From assembly GCF_009914755.1 (NCBI RefSeq), contig NC_060928.1: a DNA stretch of 64,000 nucleotides; one strand, 5' to 3'. Numbering within the stretch: position 1 is the stretch's first letter; every line of letters starts with the position of its first letter. Of the stretch, positions 27,801 to 46,890 are shown piece after piece. The notes beneath the pieces are model-generated. The model was not told the DNA's origin, did not search any database, and saw only the letters and a list, made by a program, of their open reading frames with translations. The position numbers and the translations under genes are program-made. This stretch comes from the human T2T-CHM13v2.0 reference genome, Homo sapiens.

Positions 27801-29669
27801 ATTTTATTATATCAGTAGAGTGTATTTGTGGAATTCTGTGGGTTAAAATCCAACACACTACCATTATTTGTTATGTACAAGTAGCATTCACTTCACAGTG
27901 GCCTTGACTAGGTTTGAAATGGCATTGGGAAAGATGAGTGGAGATGCAGACTAAGCTCAAGGCCTCAGCCTACCCCTCCATCATGAATTGAAATAATTAT
28001 ATATTTATATCAGCATGTTGAGTTCTGCATGTGGATATGGAGCATAAAAATATGAGATAGAGAAAGAGAGGGAGAGAGAAAAACAACAAAAAGTAACCAA
28101 AGAGCCACATGAAAACAGTTAGGAGAGAAAAGAGAGTAGCTCTTTCTAGAACGCTTCCTGAATAGAGGCAGGCACTAGCGACCCATTATGCTATTCTTGA
28201 GTAAGTAGAACAAGAAGTTACCTATTTATCTTGAGGAAGAGTGTGTACACCTTTAGGAAACTTGGTTACATTTAAAAAATGCAATAATTGAGAGTTCTTC
28301 TGTAATAAAATTTATCTCTGACCAAAAAGAACTCTTGTAGATTTTGTCTTATTTCAAAATATCTTTTTATGTTTTAACATAGGGCTAGTCATCAACATTG
28401 ACTGAATCTTTTGTGAGACTTCAAGAGAGGGATTGAAAGAAGTAGGAGACATGAAATGTTCTGGAAAGACGTATATGTTATCTGGAATAATGAGGGGGGA
28501 TAACTCTCCAAATTACTCAAATCCTGAATTAGAGACCAGAAATTCAAGTTCTAGTCTTGAGTTAGTATGCTGGGAGCTTAATATCCTCATCTGAAAAATG
28601 AGGCTGTTGTATTTGATGGTCTCTGAAATCCCTCTCTTTCAGCACTCACGTTTTGTGCTTTTTTCTGTAATATGTTTGTTTAATGTTGGTTTAGTGGGTG
28701 TGTTGTATTTACTTATAAGGAATGCCGGGAGAGTTTAAAGCATTTTAGCCCCAAGGTCTCTGAACTAGAAGTACCCCAAAGTGGACCAATGCAAGCTGGC
28801 AGGATTTGCAAAGCTTTGAAGGGCTCTGGGAATTCCCAAAGACAAATACACCAAGCCCTTCTGCACTTGATGTTTCAGTGTAATTGTTCGAAATCAGTTG
28901 CTGTTGGGCACATATGCTAGAGAGTTTGGTTTTAAGCCTAGCATATGGTGGCTTTGGAATAAATTTTGGATTCTTTTTAAAATCCTTGGCTTGTGCATCT
29001 TCCTAGTTCTTGCAAATGACAGAAAAGAGAGTATAATGAGAGGACTAGTCTAGTTAGGGGTATTATATAAGTGAAGGCTGCTTTTCTCCACTGAGGGGGC
29101 TGACATTTAGCATTTGGAAGCTTGAATCATATTTTTTTTCTTTCTTTGTGTTTGTCTTTGTGTCTACCTGTCTTGGTTTAAGTCTGTTCTCCCGCCTTCT
29201 CTCTCTCCCTCCTTCCCTTCCTCTCTCTCCCCCTTCTTCCCTTTCTCCTTTCCTTTTTTGCTAATGAGTTCCTTGGGGGCTAATTTGTGACCCAGAAGAT
29301 GAATAGAGATTTTCTGTGAGACAAGTTTCTATTTATTGGAAAGTCATGAAAAGCAGAGAGGCCACAGGCAACATAGTTCTCTTTGTAACCAGGCCAGAGC
29401 CTACTCTCGGCTAAGGGATGGCCCCTCCTGGGGCATGCCGTCCAGGTAAAGAGGAGAACTAATTCGTTTTCCTCAACAGAGCCCAAGTCATCTGAGTTTT
29501 GCGTTTGTAAATTTTTTCATATGGAAATTAGAGTCAGAAGGAACCTTGCAGTCCTTTTAGGTCAGTGTGCTCCAAGGTGAGTTGGATTTTTGGATACCTC
29601 AAGGTTGTCAAGGTTAAATGAGTGAGTCTATGAGTTCCCCAGTCTTACTTTAGGTGATATTGCAGGCAG

Positions 29670-29885
29670 TTCAGAGCATGGAGAGTAGAGTTAGGCTCAC
29701 TGTTATGACCTGGTTATTAGCTCTCAAAGCCAGGGCATGTTACTTAAACTCTCTGTTTCCAAGGTCCTCATTTATAAAATGGGAATAATAATCACACTAC
29801 TTACCTAATAATGATGTGAGAATTAAATGAGTTAGTACATTTAAAGTGCTTAGAACGATGAATGGCATATAGCAAGTGCTATGTA
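29670..29885 (+). mobile_element. MIR SINE
   Basis: 'tcctcatttataaaatgggaataataat..gtgagaattaaatgagttagtacatttaaagtgcttagaac'. Confidence 0.8.
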
Positions 29886-31141
29886 CATTTTTTCTGCTAT
29901 GACTAATAGCATGTATATCATCATCACTGAAATTTTATACATCAGTTCACTTGATGAGAGGGTTTTGCTGTTAAGAACCTACTTAAACAATCTCTCTCTC
30001 ACACACTGGTATTTTTATAATTTTATCCAGAACAAAACAACTTTGTTACATAGTCAGTTAAGCTCTGCTTGAACATGCCTGGTGATAAAGGGCTATTTTG
30101 CCAACTCATGTGGCTGCCTGCTTTGTTGACAATAAGCTCTTTCTAATGAGCTAAAATCGATTTATTTGTAGGTTTCATCCATCTAACCTTATTTATTCTC
30201 TCTGGAATCATATAATGTTAGCCACTTTTACTTTCATACAACAGTCTTCCACCTGGCCAAAGCATTAGCTCAACATCATTGAAGAGTGAGTCTCTTTGCT
30301 TACATACTTCCAAAGAATATGAGCTCACTACTGCCTGAGGCTGCTTCTCTATTTGTTGATCAACTCTTATAGTTAGATATTCCTCCTTCAGCCTAGCTGA
30401 GTAGACTTTCCTTGTAACTTGCACCCACTGTCTTCCCTACATTTGCTTAACACTTCAAATCTCCTAATCCAAATGGGCTTTGAGATAATAAAAGAGAGTC
30501 CCCTTTTGTCTTTTCCAGGACAGTGGTTCTTTCAACTGCTCCTTATGTGAAGAATTTCTCCAGGATTCATCATTCCATCTGGATCTGTATAAATAAAGCT
30601 GAAGTTCTGGTCATGACCACTCCCTGGATCACTCCTGCCCCTGTGTTCCTGGAGCCTCAGAGTTTTGCGTCACATGAGCTCCCAAGCTCTTCCTTTCTCA
30701 TTCATCTGCTTTGGTTCATTCTTGTTGAGACTCACTATAAGGAAAGCACCTCATCCTGCTACAGCTGGGTACAGAACTCTGATGTCTTCATAAAAGTTGC
30801 TGCCTCTTGGGAGCTGTGAGCATTGGGATCAGCCAGTATGGCACATTTGCTGCTACCTCAGGGCGTGAGAGCATGCTAAGCTCCACATGAAGGCCTCACT
30901 TTCCCACACTATCTCCACTGAGCACTGAAGTGATGATGTTGTGTCCCTGTGTCTCAGGGGTAAATGGAGGCAGCCTTTTTCTTTTCAGGGCTGACACAAA
31001 AAGTCAATGGGGCTTGGGGATGAATAACAACAAAGGACAGGCCCTCTTGCATGAGGTCAGTCCCTCCTGCTCCTGCCCTCAAATGTATATGCAAAACTAT
31101 TTTCCTTGTTCTGTGCATGAGGTCACTGTCTATGGTCCCAT

Positions 31142-33510
31142 TGATATGGTTTGGCTATGGACTGACCTAAATCTCATCTTGAATTGTAATAATCCCCATA
31201 TGTCAAGGGTGGGGTCAGGTGGAGGTAATGGAATCACAGGGGGTGGCTTCCCCCATACTATTCTCATGATAGTGAAAAAGTCTCACGAAATCTGATAGTT
31301 TTATAAATGGGAGTTTCCCTGCACAAGCTCTCTTGCCTGCTGCCATGTAAGACATGATTTTGCTCCTCATTTGCCTTCCATCATGATTGTGAGACCTCCC
31401 CAGCCATGTGGAACTGTGAGTCAATTAAACCTCTTTCCTTTATAAATTACCCAGTGTTGGGTATATCTTTATTAGCAGTGTGGGAACAGGCTAATACAGT
31501 AATTGGTACCAGTAGAGTGGGATTCTGCTGTAAAGATACCCCAAAAATGTGGAGGTGACTATGGAACTGGGTAACAGGCAGAAGTTGGAACAGTTTGGAG
31601 GACTCAGAAGACAGGAAAATGTGGAAAAGTTTGGAGCTTTATAGAGACTCGGAGGGCTCATAAGCCAGGAAAATACGGGAAAGTTTGGAATTTCCTAGAG
31701 ACTTGTTGAATGGTTTTGACCAAAATGCTGATAGTGATATGGAAAATAAAGTCCAGGTTGAGGAGGTCTCAGATGGAGATGAAGAGCAAAGGTAACTCTT
31801 GTCATGCTTTAGCAAAAAGACTGGCAGCATTTTGCTTCTGCCATAGAGATCTGTGGAACTTGGAACTTGAGAAAGATGATTTAGGCATCCGGTGGAAGAA
31901 ATTTTTAAATAGCAAGGCATTCAAGATGTGACTTGGGTGTTGTTAAAAGCATTCAGTTTTCTGTATTCACAAAGATATGGTTTGGAATCAGAACTTATGC
32001 TTAAAAGGGAAGCAGAGCATAAAAATTTAGAAAATTTGCAGGCTGATGATGCAATAGAAAAGAAAAACCCATTTTCTGAGGAGAAATTCAAGCCTGCTGC
32101 AGAAATTTGCGTAAATAATGAGGAGAAAAATGTTAATCACCAAGAAAATGCAGAAAATGTCTCCAGGGTATCGCAGAGAGATTTGCAGCAGCCCCTCCCA
32201 TCACAGGCCTAGAGGCCTAGGAGGAAAAAATGGTTTCGTGGGCTGGGCCCATGGCCTCGCTGCTCTGTGCAGCCTAGGGACTTGGTGCTCTGTGTCCCAG
32301 CCACTCTAGCTGTGGCTAAAAGAGGACAAGGTACAGCTCAGGCTGTGGCTTCAGAGGGTGGAAGCCCCAAGCCTTGGCAGCTTCCATGTGGTGTTGAGCT
32401 TGTGGGTGCACAGAAGTTAGGAATTGAGGTTTGGAAACCTCTGCCTAGTTTCAGAAGAAGTATGGAAGCACCTGGATGTCCAGGCAGAAGTTTGCCGTAG
32501 GGGTAGGGTCCTCATGGAGAACCTCTGCTAGGGCTGTGTGAAAGAGCAATGTGGGGTGGGGTCCCCCAGACAGAGTCCCTACTTGGGCACTGCCTAGTGG
32601 AGCTGTGAGAAGAAGCCCACCATCCCGCAGACTCCAGAGTGGTAGGTCCACCAATAGCTTGCACCGTGCACCTGGAAAAGTGGCAGACACTCAATGCCAG
32701 CCCATGAAAGCAACCAGGAGGGAGGCTGTACCCTACAAAGCCACAGAATGGAGCTGCCCAAGACCATGGGAACACACCTCTTGCATCTGTATGACCTGGA
32801 TGTGAGAAATGGAGTCAAAGAAGATCATTTTGGAGCTTTAAGATTTGACTGCCCCCCTGGATTTCAAACTTGGATGGGGTCTGTAGCTCCTTCGTTTTGG
32901 CCAGTTTCTTCCATTTGGAACAGCTGTATTTGACCAATGACAGTACCCTCATTATATCTAGGAAGCAACTTACTTGGTTTTGATTTTACAGGCTCATAGG
33001 TGGAAGAGAGTTTCCTGGTTTCAGATGAGACTTTGGACTGGGACTTTTGGGTTAATGCTGTAATGAGTTAAGACTTTGGGGGACAGTTGGGAAGGCAAGA
33101 TTGTCTTTTGAAATGTGAAAGTGACATGAGATTTGGGAGGGTCTGGGGGCAGAATGATGTGGTTTGGGTGTTTCCCGACCCAAATTTCATCTTGAATTGT
33201 AATAATCCACACATGTCAAGAACAGGGCCAGGTGAAGATACTTGAATCATGGGGGTGATTTCCTCCAAACTGTTCTCATGGTAGTGAATAAATCTCAAGA
33301 GATCTGATGGTTTTATAAATGGGATTTCCTCTGCACAAACTTTCTTTCCTGTCACCATGTAAGACGTGACTTTGCTCATCATTCATCTTCCACCATGTTT
33401 GTAAGGCCTCCCCAACTATATGGAACTGTGAGTCAATTAAACCTCTTTCCTTTATAAATTACCCAGTTTTGGGTATGTGTTTATTAGCAGCATGAGAACA
33501 GACTAATACA
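31142..33510 (+). mobile_element. Complete THE1 (THE1C-like) MaLR provirus: 5'LTR 31142-31498, internal 31499-33154, 3'LTR 33155-33510
   Basis: Two homologous tgatatgg/tgatgtgg...ctaataca LTRs flanking a typical THE1 internal region; degenerate 5-bp TSD cccat/ctcaa. Confidence 0.93.
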
Positions 33511-33763
33511 CTCAACCACCTGCTCAAACATATCTGACCCAGTCTGAACTCCAGGTAGGACCCCCAATACAAATGAAAAGCTTTGTAGGCCTTGTCACCT
33601 TCACATTACCTTACCTTGACTCTGAACCAGGAATTAATTACCATGAAATAAAGGATGATGCAAATGTTGATGTTGGGTCCAATCTGTAGTAGTGACAGGA
33701 AGTGCTCCACAAGAACACATAAGTAGGAGTGAAAAAGGGTGCTTCCATAAGAAGATGGTTTCT

Positions 33764-34123
<360 letters not shown>

Positions 34124-34609
34124 TTAACTGGGATTCTAGTGCAATGTGTGTATATGTAAGCTCGGTACAATTTCCTGGGATATATGAATAGAAGAAATGT
34201 GATTGCTTTGAGCAATAATTAAAATAATTAGGTTTTAAATTAGAACCATTGACTTGGAAGGCTATTTTCTAATGGTGATTTACTCTAATGCAAACAAAAA
34301 AAATCAATACTATTTATGTAGTGCAATCTCATTCAAATTGCTATATTTAGTTAGCATTTACACCTTACCAAGGCTGACAGTAATTGTTTATTTGTCTATA
34401 ATGGTCAAGTTGCAACAAGACAATCTAAAAAGAAAATTAAAGTCCTTGTTTTATCATTTATTATTTTTCAATTACATTCACTTTTCTTTAGGTAGATTAG
34501 GTGCAGGTTCTAGACCTTAGCTTTTTTAAAACAACTTTGAAATTGCTTGATTTATGACTTCAAGTTTTCATCCCCAAACAAAACTATTAAGAAATATGTG
34601 GAATCTTTC

Positions 34610-36200
<1,591 letters not shown>

Positions 36201-37373
36201 ATTTCCCCCTTCCCCTTTTTTGGGGGGATGTTTTTCCCATCAAATCCATCCAAAAGACCTATGTTACAGGTCTTATTAGAACTCCTACTTTGCAGATGAA
36301 CAAACGGTGGCACAGAGGGACAGGGTAGTGAAACTAAGGCTTTTCCCTAATAACAAATGCTTTGGAGAGAATATGCCACTATCTCTTTAGCACATGCATC
36401 TAAGTCTCTGCTTTGGTTGTCTCAAACCTGTTAGGGCAGGGAAAAGAAAAGAAGAGAAACAAATATTGGCAGATCTTTTTCATGTAAAGAACATTTCACA
36501 TGTGTATATATATTCTTATCTGATACTCATGTAACATTAGTATGAATGGACTTTCCTTGGTTGTGGGGCCAAGAGGCTCCCAGTCTTGTATTGATGAGGG
36601 GAAGGAGTGAAGAGGGGAAAACAGGGAGGCAAAAACAATTAAAGTCTCGTTTGAGATGAACCTTGTGCTAAGACCTTTGGCACATATTTAAAACTTTGCA
36701 ATTTTCACAGTCCTAGGATGTTGATGTAATGATTGCCGTTTTATAGATGAATAAATCAAGGCTGAAGATTGTTACATAACTTAACATACACAGAATTCAC
36801 AATTATTGGACACTTACCAAATGTCAGGCATTATTCTAAGCATTTTTTGGGTCTAAACTACTCAATTCTCACAGGAAAATTAATGGTACAGAAAAGGCTA
36901 AGAAACTTGCCCAATGTGAAATAAGCGGTAAACGTATGAGTTGGTAACTAAACATAAAAAATCGGACTCTACAGTACACTTGTTTAATCATTATACTATA
37001 TTTGGCATTGATTTAACAGTTGCCATAGAATTGATGCGTCATAGAATATCCTAAATCCAAAGATCATGAACTTTCCACTAATCCATGAGGTTCAAAATGT
37101 TTTTAAGCAATCAATTCAATTCAAAAAACGTATTGACTGCCTGGTGTATGCTGGACTTTCTGATAGGTGTTGGAGATTCACCAACAGACACACCTCCACC
37201 CCCCACCCCACCCCCACACATACTCACATACACTGCTCAATGTGAGCCATCACTGAGCTGGTGAAAAAAGGTCTGTTAAGGTTTATAGTGCCCATTAATA
37301 TATCTAGTAATTTATCTCAGTAGAGGAGTTGGAAGGGGAGGCAGGAAATACAGGTACACTTGAAGTGCAAGTA

Positions 37374-37946
37374 CACTTCTTCCACTCATCAACCCAAACC
37401 TGGGAGCCTCTAGGCCTTACAACCAAGGAAAGTCCATTCATATTAATATTATATGAATATCAGATAAGAATATATATACACATGTGAAGTGTTCTTTGCA
37501 TGAAAAAGGCCTGCCAAAATTTATTTCTCTTCTTTTCTTTTCCCTGCCCCAAGAGGTTTGAAACAACCAAAGCAGAGAGTTAGATGCATGTGCTGAAGAG
37601 ATAGTGACATATTCTTTCCAAAGCATTTGTTATTAGGGAAAAGCCTTAGTTTCACTACCCTGTCCCTCTCTGCCACAGTTTGTTCATCTGCAAAGTGAGA
37701 GTTCTAATAAGACCTATAACATAGGTCTTTTGGATACATTTGATTGGAAAAACATCAGAAAAAAAAAGATGTAAAAGGGGAATGAGGAATGGAGAAGCCA
37801 AGTTCTGGTCACATTATTTCTCTGCTCCAATCTCCTCAGTCTCCACACTGGAAGAGGGCAGGGGACAAACTCCTTATAGCCTCTCTGCTAGAGTCTTGAA
37901 CAATCTAGAAAGGCTGCATTGTTAGCCCTACTTCTTTCAAAATACT
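37374..37946 (-). repeat. Right arm of ~570-bp inverted duplication
   Basis: For example 'agcatttgttattagggaaaagccttagtttcactaccctgtccctc' is the exact reverse complement of left-arm sequence. Confidence 0.95.
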
Positions 37947-37949
37947 TGA

Positions 37950-38026
37950 TGTAATTTTTATTGAAAAAAATCTGCGTATAAATGAATTCACATTGTTCAA
38001 ACCTGTGTTTCCCAGGGTCAAATGTA
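37950..38026 (+). mobile_element. Tigger2-family (TcMar) terminal fragment
   Basis: 'aaaaaaatctgcgtataaatg..gttcaaacctgtgtttcccagggtcaaatg'+TA resembles the Tigger2 end '..gttcaaacccgtgttgttcaagggtcaactg TA'. Confidence 0.7.
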
Positions 38027-38089
38027 TTTAAATATTAATTTTATCTATTTGAAATATCTATTTACTAGCATCTGCCACTATTAATACCA

Positions 38090-38310
38090 AGCATATTATT
38101 TACCTACTGCTTCATAAAAAGCCATTCCAAAACTTAGTGGTTTGTGTACTAAAACAAAGACTATTTTTATTTGCTCTCAAGCTCATGGGTCTGCACTCTT
38201 ACAGGTAGTTATTTGGTTGGTCTCACCTGAGAGAGAAATAGCAAACACTGGAAGGTTTAAGATGGCCTTAACTATGTGGCAATTGATGCTGACTGTCAGT
38301 TGGGCCAGAA
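38090..38310 (-). mobile_element. MLT1-type LTR fragment
   Basis: 'attccaaaacttagtggttt..aaaacaa..tttatttgctctca'. Confidence 0.55.
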
Positions 38311-39370
38311 ATCAGGAAGAGTGAGATATGGAGAAGAGAGTGAGCATGATATAAAACTGTCTACTGTCTCTGCATCTGTCACGTATCTGACCACAAAGAG
38401 TTTCACTTAATGTTATTCCAAACCTCATACAGGTTCCTCTTTTGGCCAATTCTAGTCTAGCACCGCATAGGGAAGATGATTTAAAGAAACATAGCTTCCA
38501 CCTTGGTTGATGGACCAAAATGTAGCACGGTCTATCCTTGTGAACTTTGCATTCATAATCTATTGTATGTTTTTAATATTTAACTTGGAAATTAAGTAAT
38601 ACTAAAATCATCTTTCAACTCTACATAATGCAGTTATTTCAATAGAATGCACAAGATCTCATACTTCATTTTATCCTTTTGTTGGTGCCCGTCTTTCTAG
38701 TTCAATCACAGTCTCCCTTTGCTAGCTGATAACTTAAATATTGAGAAATAAAGTTAGCAACTCTCAAAACATTTTCTATCAAATAGGGTAGTAGGGTAGG
38801 GAAAATACTTACTACATGTGCAAATAAATATATTTATATGGAAGCAAAGATGAAACTGCACAGTCCTCAGACCTGCAAATGATCAAATGGTTGCAGCTGG
38901 CATTTATAGTTTCTTCCACTACCCTATTTTATATTACTTTTGCCCTCAGTAAGTACCTCAAGTGAGCATGGTTTTTGTCTATATGTTCAAACCTTTATTC
39001 CTCAGGGTCTTATACTATTTGCTATTCTGTCTATATTGGATTATTTTCGTTTTCTATTAACTTTTGTCACAGGACATGGGTGTACTAGAGAGAAGTTTCT
39101 GTATTCTAGGCCCACTCCTTCTTACCCTTGGGTTGCTGTTAGATAACATTCTTTTTTTTTTTATTATTATACTTTAAGTTTTAGGGTACATGTGCACATT
39201 GTGCAGGTTAGTTACATATGTATACATGTGCCATGCTGGTGGGCTGCACCCCCTAACTCGTCATCTAGCATTAGGTATATCTCCCAATGCTATCCCTCCC
39301 CCCTCCCCCCACCCCACCACAGTCCCCAGAGTGTGATATTCCCCTTCCTGTGTCCATGTGATCTCATTGT

Positions 39371-43225
<3,855 letters not shown>

Positions 43226-43261
43226 TTAGTTGATGCAGTTTCTTCCTAGTCTCGATGGTCT

Positions 43262-44278
43262 TTACATTTTGGCATGATTTTGCAGCGGGTGGTACCGGTT
43301 GTTCCTTTCCATGTTTAGCGCTTCCTTCAGGAGCTCTTTTAGGGCAGGCCTGGTGGTGACAAAATCGGTCAGCATTTGCTTGTCTGTAAGTATTTTATTT
43401 CTCCTTCACTTATGAAGCTTAGTTTGGCTGGATATGAAATTCTGGGTTGAAAATTCTTTTCTTTAAGAATGTTGAATATTGGCCCCCACTCTCTTCTGGC
43501 TTGTAGAGTTTCTGCCGAGAGATCCGCTGTTAGTCTGATGGGCTTCCCTTTGAGGGTAACCCGACCTTTCTCTCTGGCTGCCCTTAACATTTTTTCCTTC
43601 ATTTCAACTTTGGTGAATCTGACAATTATGTGTCTTGGAGTTGCTCTTCTCGAGGAGTATCTTTGTGGCGTTCTCTGTATTTCCTGAATCTGAACGTTGG
43701 CCTGCCTTGCTAGATTGGAGAAGTTCTCCTGGATAATATCCTGCAGAGTGTTTTCCAACTTGGTTCCATTCTCCCCGTCACTTTCAGGTACACCAATCAG
43801 ACGTAGATTTGGTCTTTTCACATAGTCCCATATTTCTTGGAGGCTTTGCTCATTTCTGTTTATTCTTTTTTCTCTAAACTTCCCTTCTTGCTTCATTTCA
43901 TTCATTTCATCTTCCATCGCTGATACCCTTTCTTCCAGTTGATCGCATCGGCTCCTGAGGCTTCTGCTTTCTTCACGTAGTTCTCGAGCCTTGGTTTTAA
44001 GCTCCATCAGCTCCTTTAAGCACTTCTCTGTATTGGTTATTCTAGTTATACATTCTTCTAAATTTTTTTCAAAGTTTTCAACTTCTTTGCCTTTGGTTTG
44101 AATGTCCTCCTGTAGCTCAGAGTAATTTGATCGTCTGAAGCCTTCTTCTCTCAGCTCGTCAAAGTCATTCTCCATCCAGCTTTGTTCTGTTGCTGGTGAG
44201 GAACTGCGTTCCTTTGGAGGAGGAGAGACGCTCTGCGTTTTAGAGTTTCCAGTTTTTCTGTTCTGTTTTTTTCCCCAT
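43262..44278 (-). pseudogene. L1 ORF1 with two frameshifts
   Basis: 7 T at 44266-44272 where the consensus has 6 (+1 near codon 4), and a 1-bp loss near 43388 (EGEIKYLQTSKC*); 268-aa internal ORF remains. Confidence 0.93.
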
Positions 44279-45184
44279 CTTTGTGGTTTTATCTACTTTT
44301 GGTCTTTGATGATGGTGATGTACAGATGGGTTTTCGGTGTGGATGTCCTTTCTGTTTGTTAGTTTTCCTTCTAACAGACAGGACCCTCAGCTGCAGGTCT
44401 GTTGGAATACCCTGCTGTGTGAGGTGTCAGTGTGCCCCTGCTGGGGGGTGCCTCCCAGTTAGGCTGCTCGGGGGTCGGGGGTCAGGGACCCACTTGAGCA
44501 GGCAGTCTGCCTGTTCTCAGATCTCCAACTGCGTGCTGGGAGAACCACTGCTCTCTTCAAAGCTGTCAGACAGGGACATTTAAGTCTGCAGAGGTTACTG
44601 CTGTCTTTTTGTTTGTCTGTGCCCTGCCCCCAGAGGTGGAGCCTACAGAGGCAGGCAGGCCTCCTTGATCTGTTGTGGGCTCCACCCAGTTGGAGCTTCG
44701 GGGCTGCTTTGTTTACCTAAGCAAGCCTGGGCAATGGTGGGCGCCCCTCCCCCAGCCTGGCTGCCGCCTTGCAGTTTGATCTCAGACTGCTGTGCTAGCA
44801 ATCAGCAAGATTCCGTGGGCGTAGGACCCTCCGAGCCAGGTGTGGGATATAGTCTCGTGGTGCGCCATTTTTTAAGCCGGTCTGAAAAGCGCAATATTCG
44901 GGTGGGAGTGACCCGATTTTCCAGGTGTGTCCGTCACCCCTTTCTTTGACTCGGAAAGGGAACTCCCTGACCCCTTGCACTTCCCAGGCGAGGCAATGCC
45001 TCGCCCTGCTTCGGCTCGCGCACGGTGTGCGCACCCACTGGCCTGCGCCCACTGTCTGGCACTCCCTAGTGAGATGCACCCGGTACCTCAGATGGAAGTG
45101 CAGAAATCACCCATCTTCTGCGTCGTTCACGCTGGGAGCTGTAGACCGGAGCTGTTCCTATTCGGCCATCTTGGCTCCTCCACC
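44279..45184. promoter_or_regulatory. L1 5'UTR with sense (leftward) and antisense (rightward) promoters; YY1 site 45163-45173
   Basis: CpG-rich 5'UTR; cggccatcttg is the reverse complement of the intact YY1 site CAAGATGGCCG. Confidence 0.85.
44734..44949 (+). CDS. L1 ORF0 (antisense 71-aa ORF), intact
   Basis: MVGAPPPAWLPPCSLISDCCASNQQDSVGVGPSEPGVGYSLVVRHFLSRSEKRNIRVGVTRFSRCVRHPFL*; splice donors after ORF0 nt 106 (44839|gtgtgg) and nt 191 (44924|gtgtgt). Confidence 0.85.
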   Translation: MVGAPPPAWLPPCSLISDCCASNQQDSVGVGPSEPGVGYSLVVRHFLSRSEKRNIRVGVTRFSRCVRHPFL

Positions 45185-45929
45185 AGATAACATTCTTTGA
45201 TAGAATCTGTCACCCTCATCTGTTCAGCAGTCCCGTTTTTTTGCCTATAGTTTCAGCGGTATGAGGAATTCAAAGTGGTCAGGTTCTGGGCTCAGCTTCC
45301 TGTTTAGTGGTATTATATTTGTGATCTCTTGTGGAGACATTATCCCTTGAGAACTGAGATGTCTAAACCAGCTGAGCTCAAAGTGGTGGTACAGGAAGAC
45401 ACAATTTTTACTGGTTCATTATGAGTTAAAGTGGGATAAGCCACTTTCATTTTCACCCATTGAAAACCTTAGAGCCAAGAGCTGAAAAGAACAGTAGACT
45501 AGGGAATCATTCTTGGATTGCAAAATTCAGCCCAAATCAAGGAAAATTTCCTAGTTTGAAAACAGAGAACCTGACCTGTGCTCAGCTGGATTTCAGAATT
45601 GCTATGGACCAGTGAATGCTACACACCTCATGTTCCTCTCCTTTTAAATATGTCTATTTTAATTATTTTGTCCCTATCTCACTATTGCATGCGGGGTGTT
45701 TGGGGAACGGATAACTTATCTTTTTAGTTTGTGGTTCTTTGGTTCAAGAAGACCCTCATGCAGAGAACTGTACTAAAATAATCTCAATTATATCCAGACT
45801 TGATACAGATTATGAACCATGGATTTCAAGTCAGATGGCATGACTGATAAGATTTGGTGGGTCTGGAGAAAAGATAAGTGTAGTTTGTACATCAATGAGT
45901 GTGAATTACTGGGGCAAAAGGGTAGATTC

Positions 45930-46430
45930 TGGCTTTCTCTGTACATCTGTCTGCTTCAAGAGGCTGAGCTCCACAGATTGCAGCACAAGGGCTCCTTAGT
46001 CCTCTGGCTTTCTTTAGGTTTAACCAAAGGGCAATGCCAGTAGGAGATTAGTGGGTGGGAAGAGAGCAACTCTGAGGCTTTTTTTTTTTCCTCCCTTACT
46101 GCTTCAGAGTGGTTTTGCAGAGGTTGTGTGGCTACCTTTGGTGGACCTCCTGTTTTACAACCCCCACACTTCAACCCTTTCTCTTTCAAGACTGAGGACC
46201 ACTATTAGGTTGGTGCAAAATTTATTGTGTTTTTTTGTCAGTAAAAGTAATAGCAAAAACCGCAATTGCTTTTGCCCGATCTCTGGACTGCTATTAGTCT
46301 TTGGATGCCTCAACATTTCTTTCGGGTTCCTTTAACTTGACTGACACTTCTGTAAATAGTTATAGTTTTACACAATCTCTTCTAAAATCCCAACTGAAGT
46401 TTCAGTTTTCTGCTAGGACCTTGACTGATA
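45930..46430 (+). mobile_element. LTR33-like ERVL LTR, preceded by MaLR-internal-like sequence (~45440-45920)
   Basis: 'gggctccttagtcctctggctttctttaggtttaaccaaaggg..gtaggagattagtgggtgggaagagag' ... 'ctgctaggaccttgactgata'. Confidence 0.6.
46205..46277. mobile_element. MADE1 (Hsmar1-derived MITE)
   Basis: 'ttaggttggtgcaaaatttattgtg..gcaaaaaccgcaattgcttttgc', palindromic. Confidence 0.9.
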
Positions 46431-46733
46431 TATTTAAAATGCTGCTTTTTTGTCATTAACCAGGTATGCAACCAAGGACAAATCACATAACTGTTCTGAA
46501 TTTAATATCTTCACCTATAAATATAATTGTAGGAAATTATCACATTTAATGAGTATATATCATGCTAGGCGCTTCTTGTACATTAACCCATTTAATCTTT
46601 GTATTAATTTGTGTAAATATATCTTTTCCATCATTGTCTCCCCAACCTATACAGGACCCGGAACATGATAGATGCTCAGTAAGTGTCTCTTGAGGGAATG
46701 ATGCAGGCATAAGTTGGTATTATTACTACCTTA

Positions 46734-46890
<157 letters not shown>

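Noticed and set aside
29089-29103. CTCF-like CCACTGAGGGGGC
   Set aside because: Spacing is off by one base relative to the CTCF core consensus
31590-31705. ~55-bp tandem duplication in the THE1 internal region
   Set aside because: The copies are diverged and, as I recall, this repeat is part of some THE1 internal consensus sequences, so it is not locus-specific
31639-33382. Dense overlapping ORFs within THE1
   Set aside because: Fragments of a degenerate MaLR internal region; no intact gag or pol
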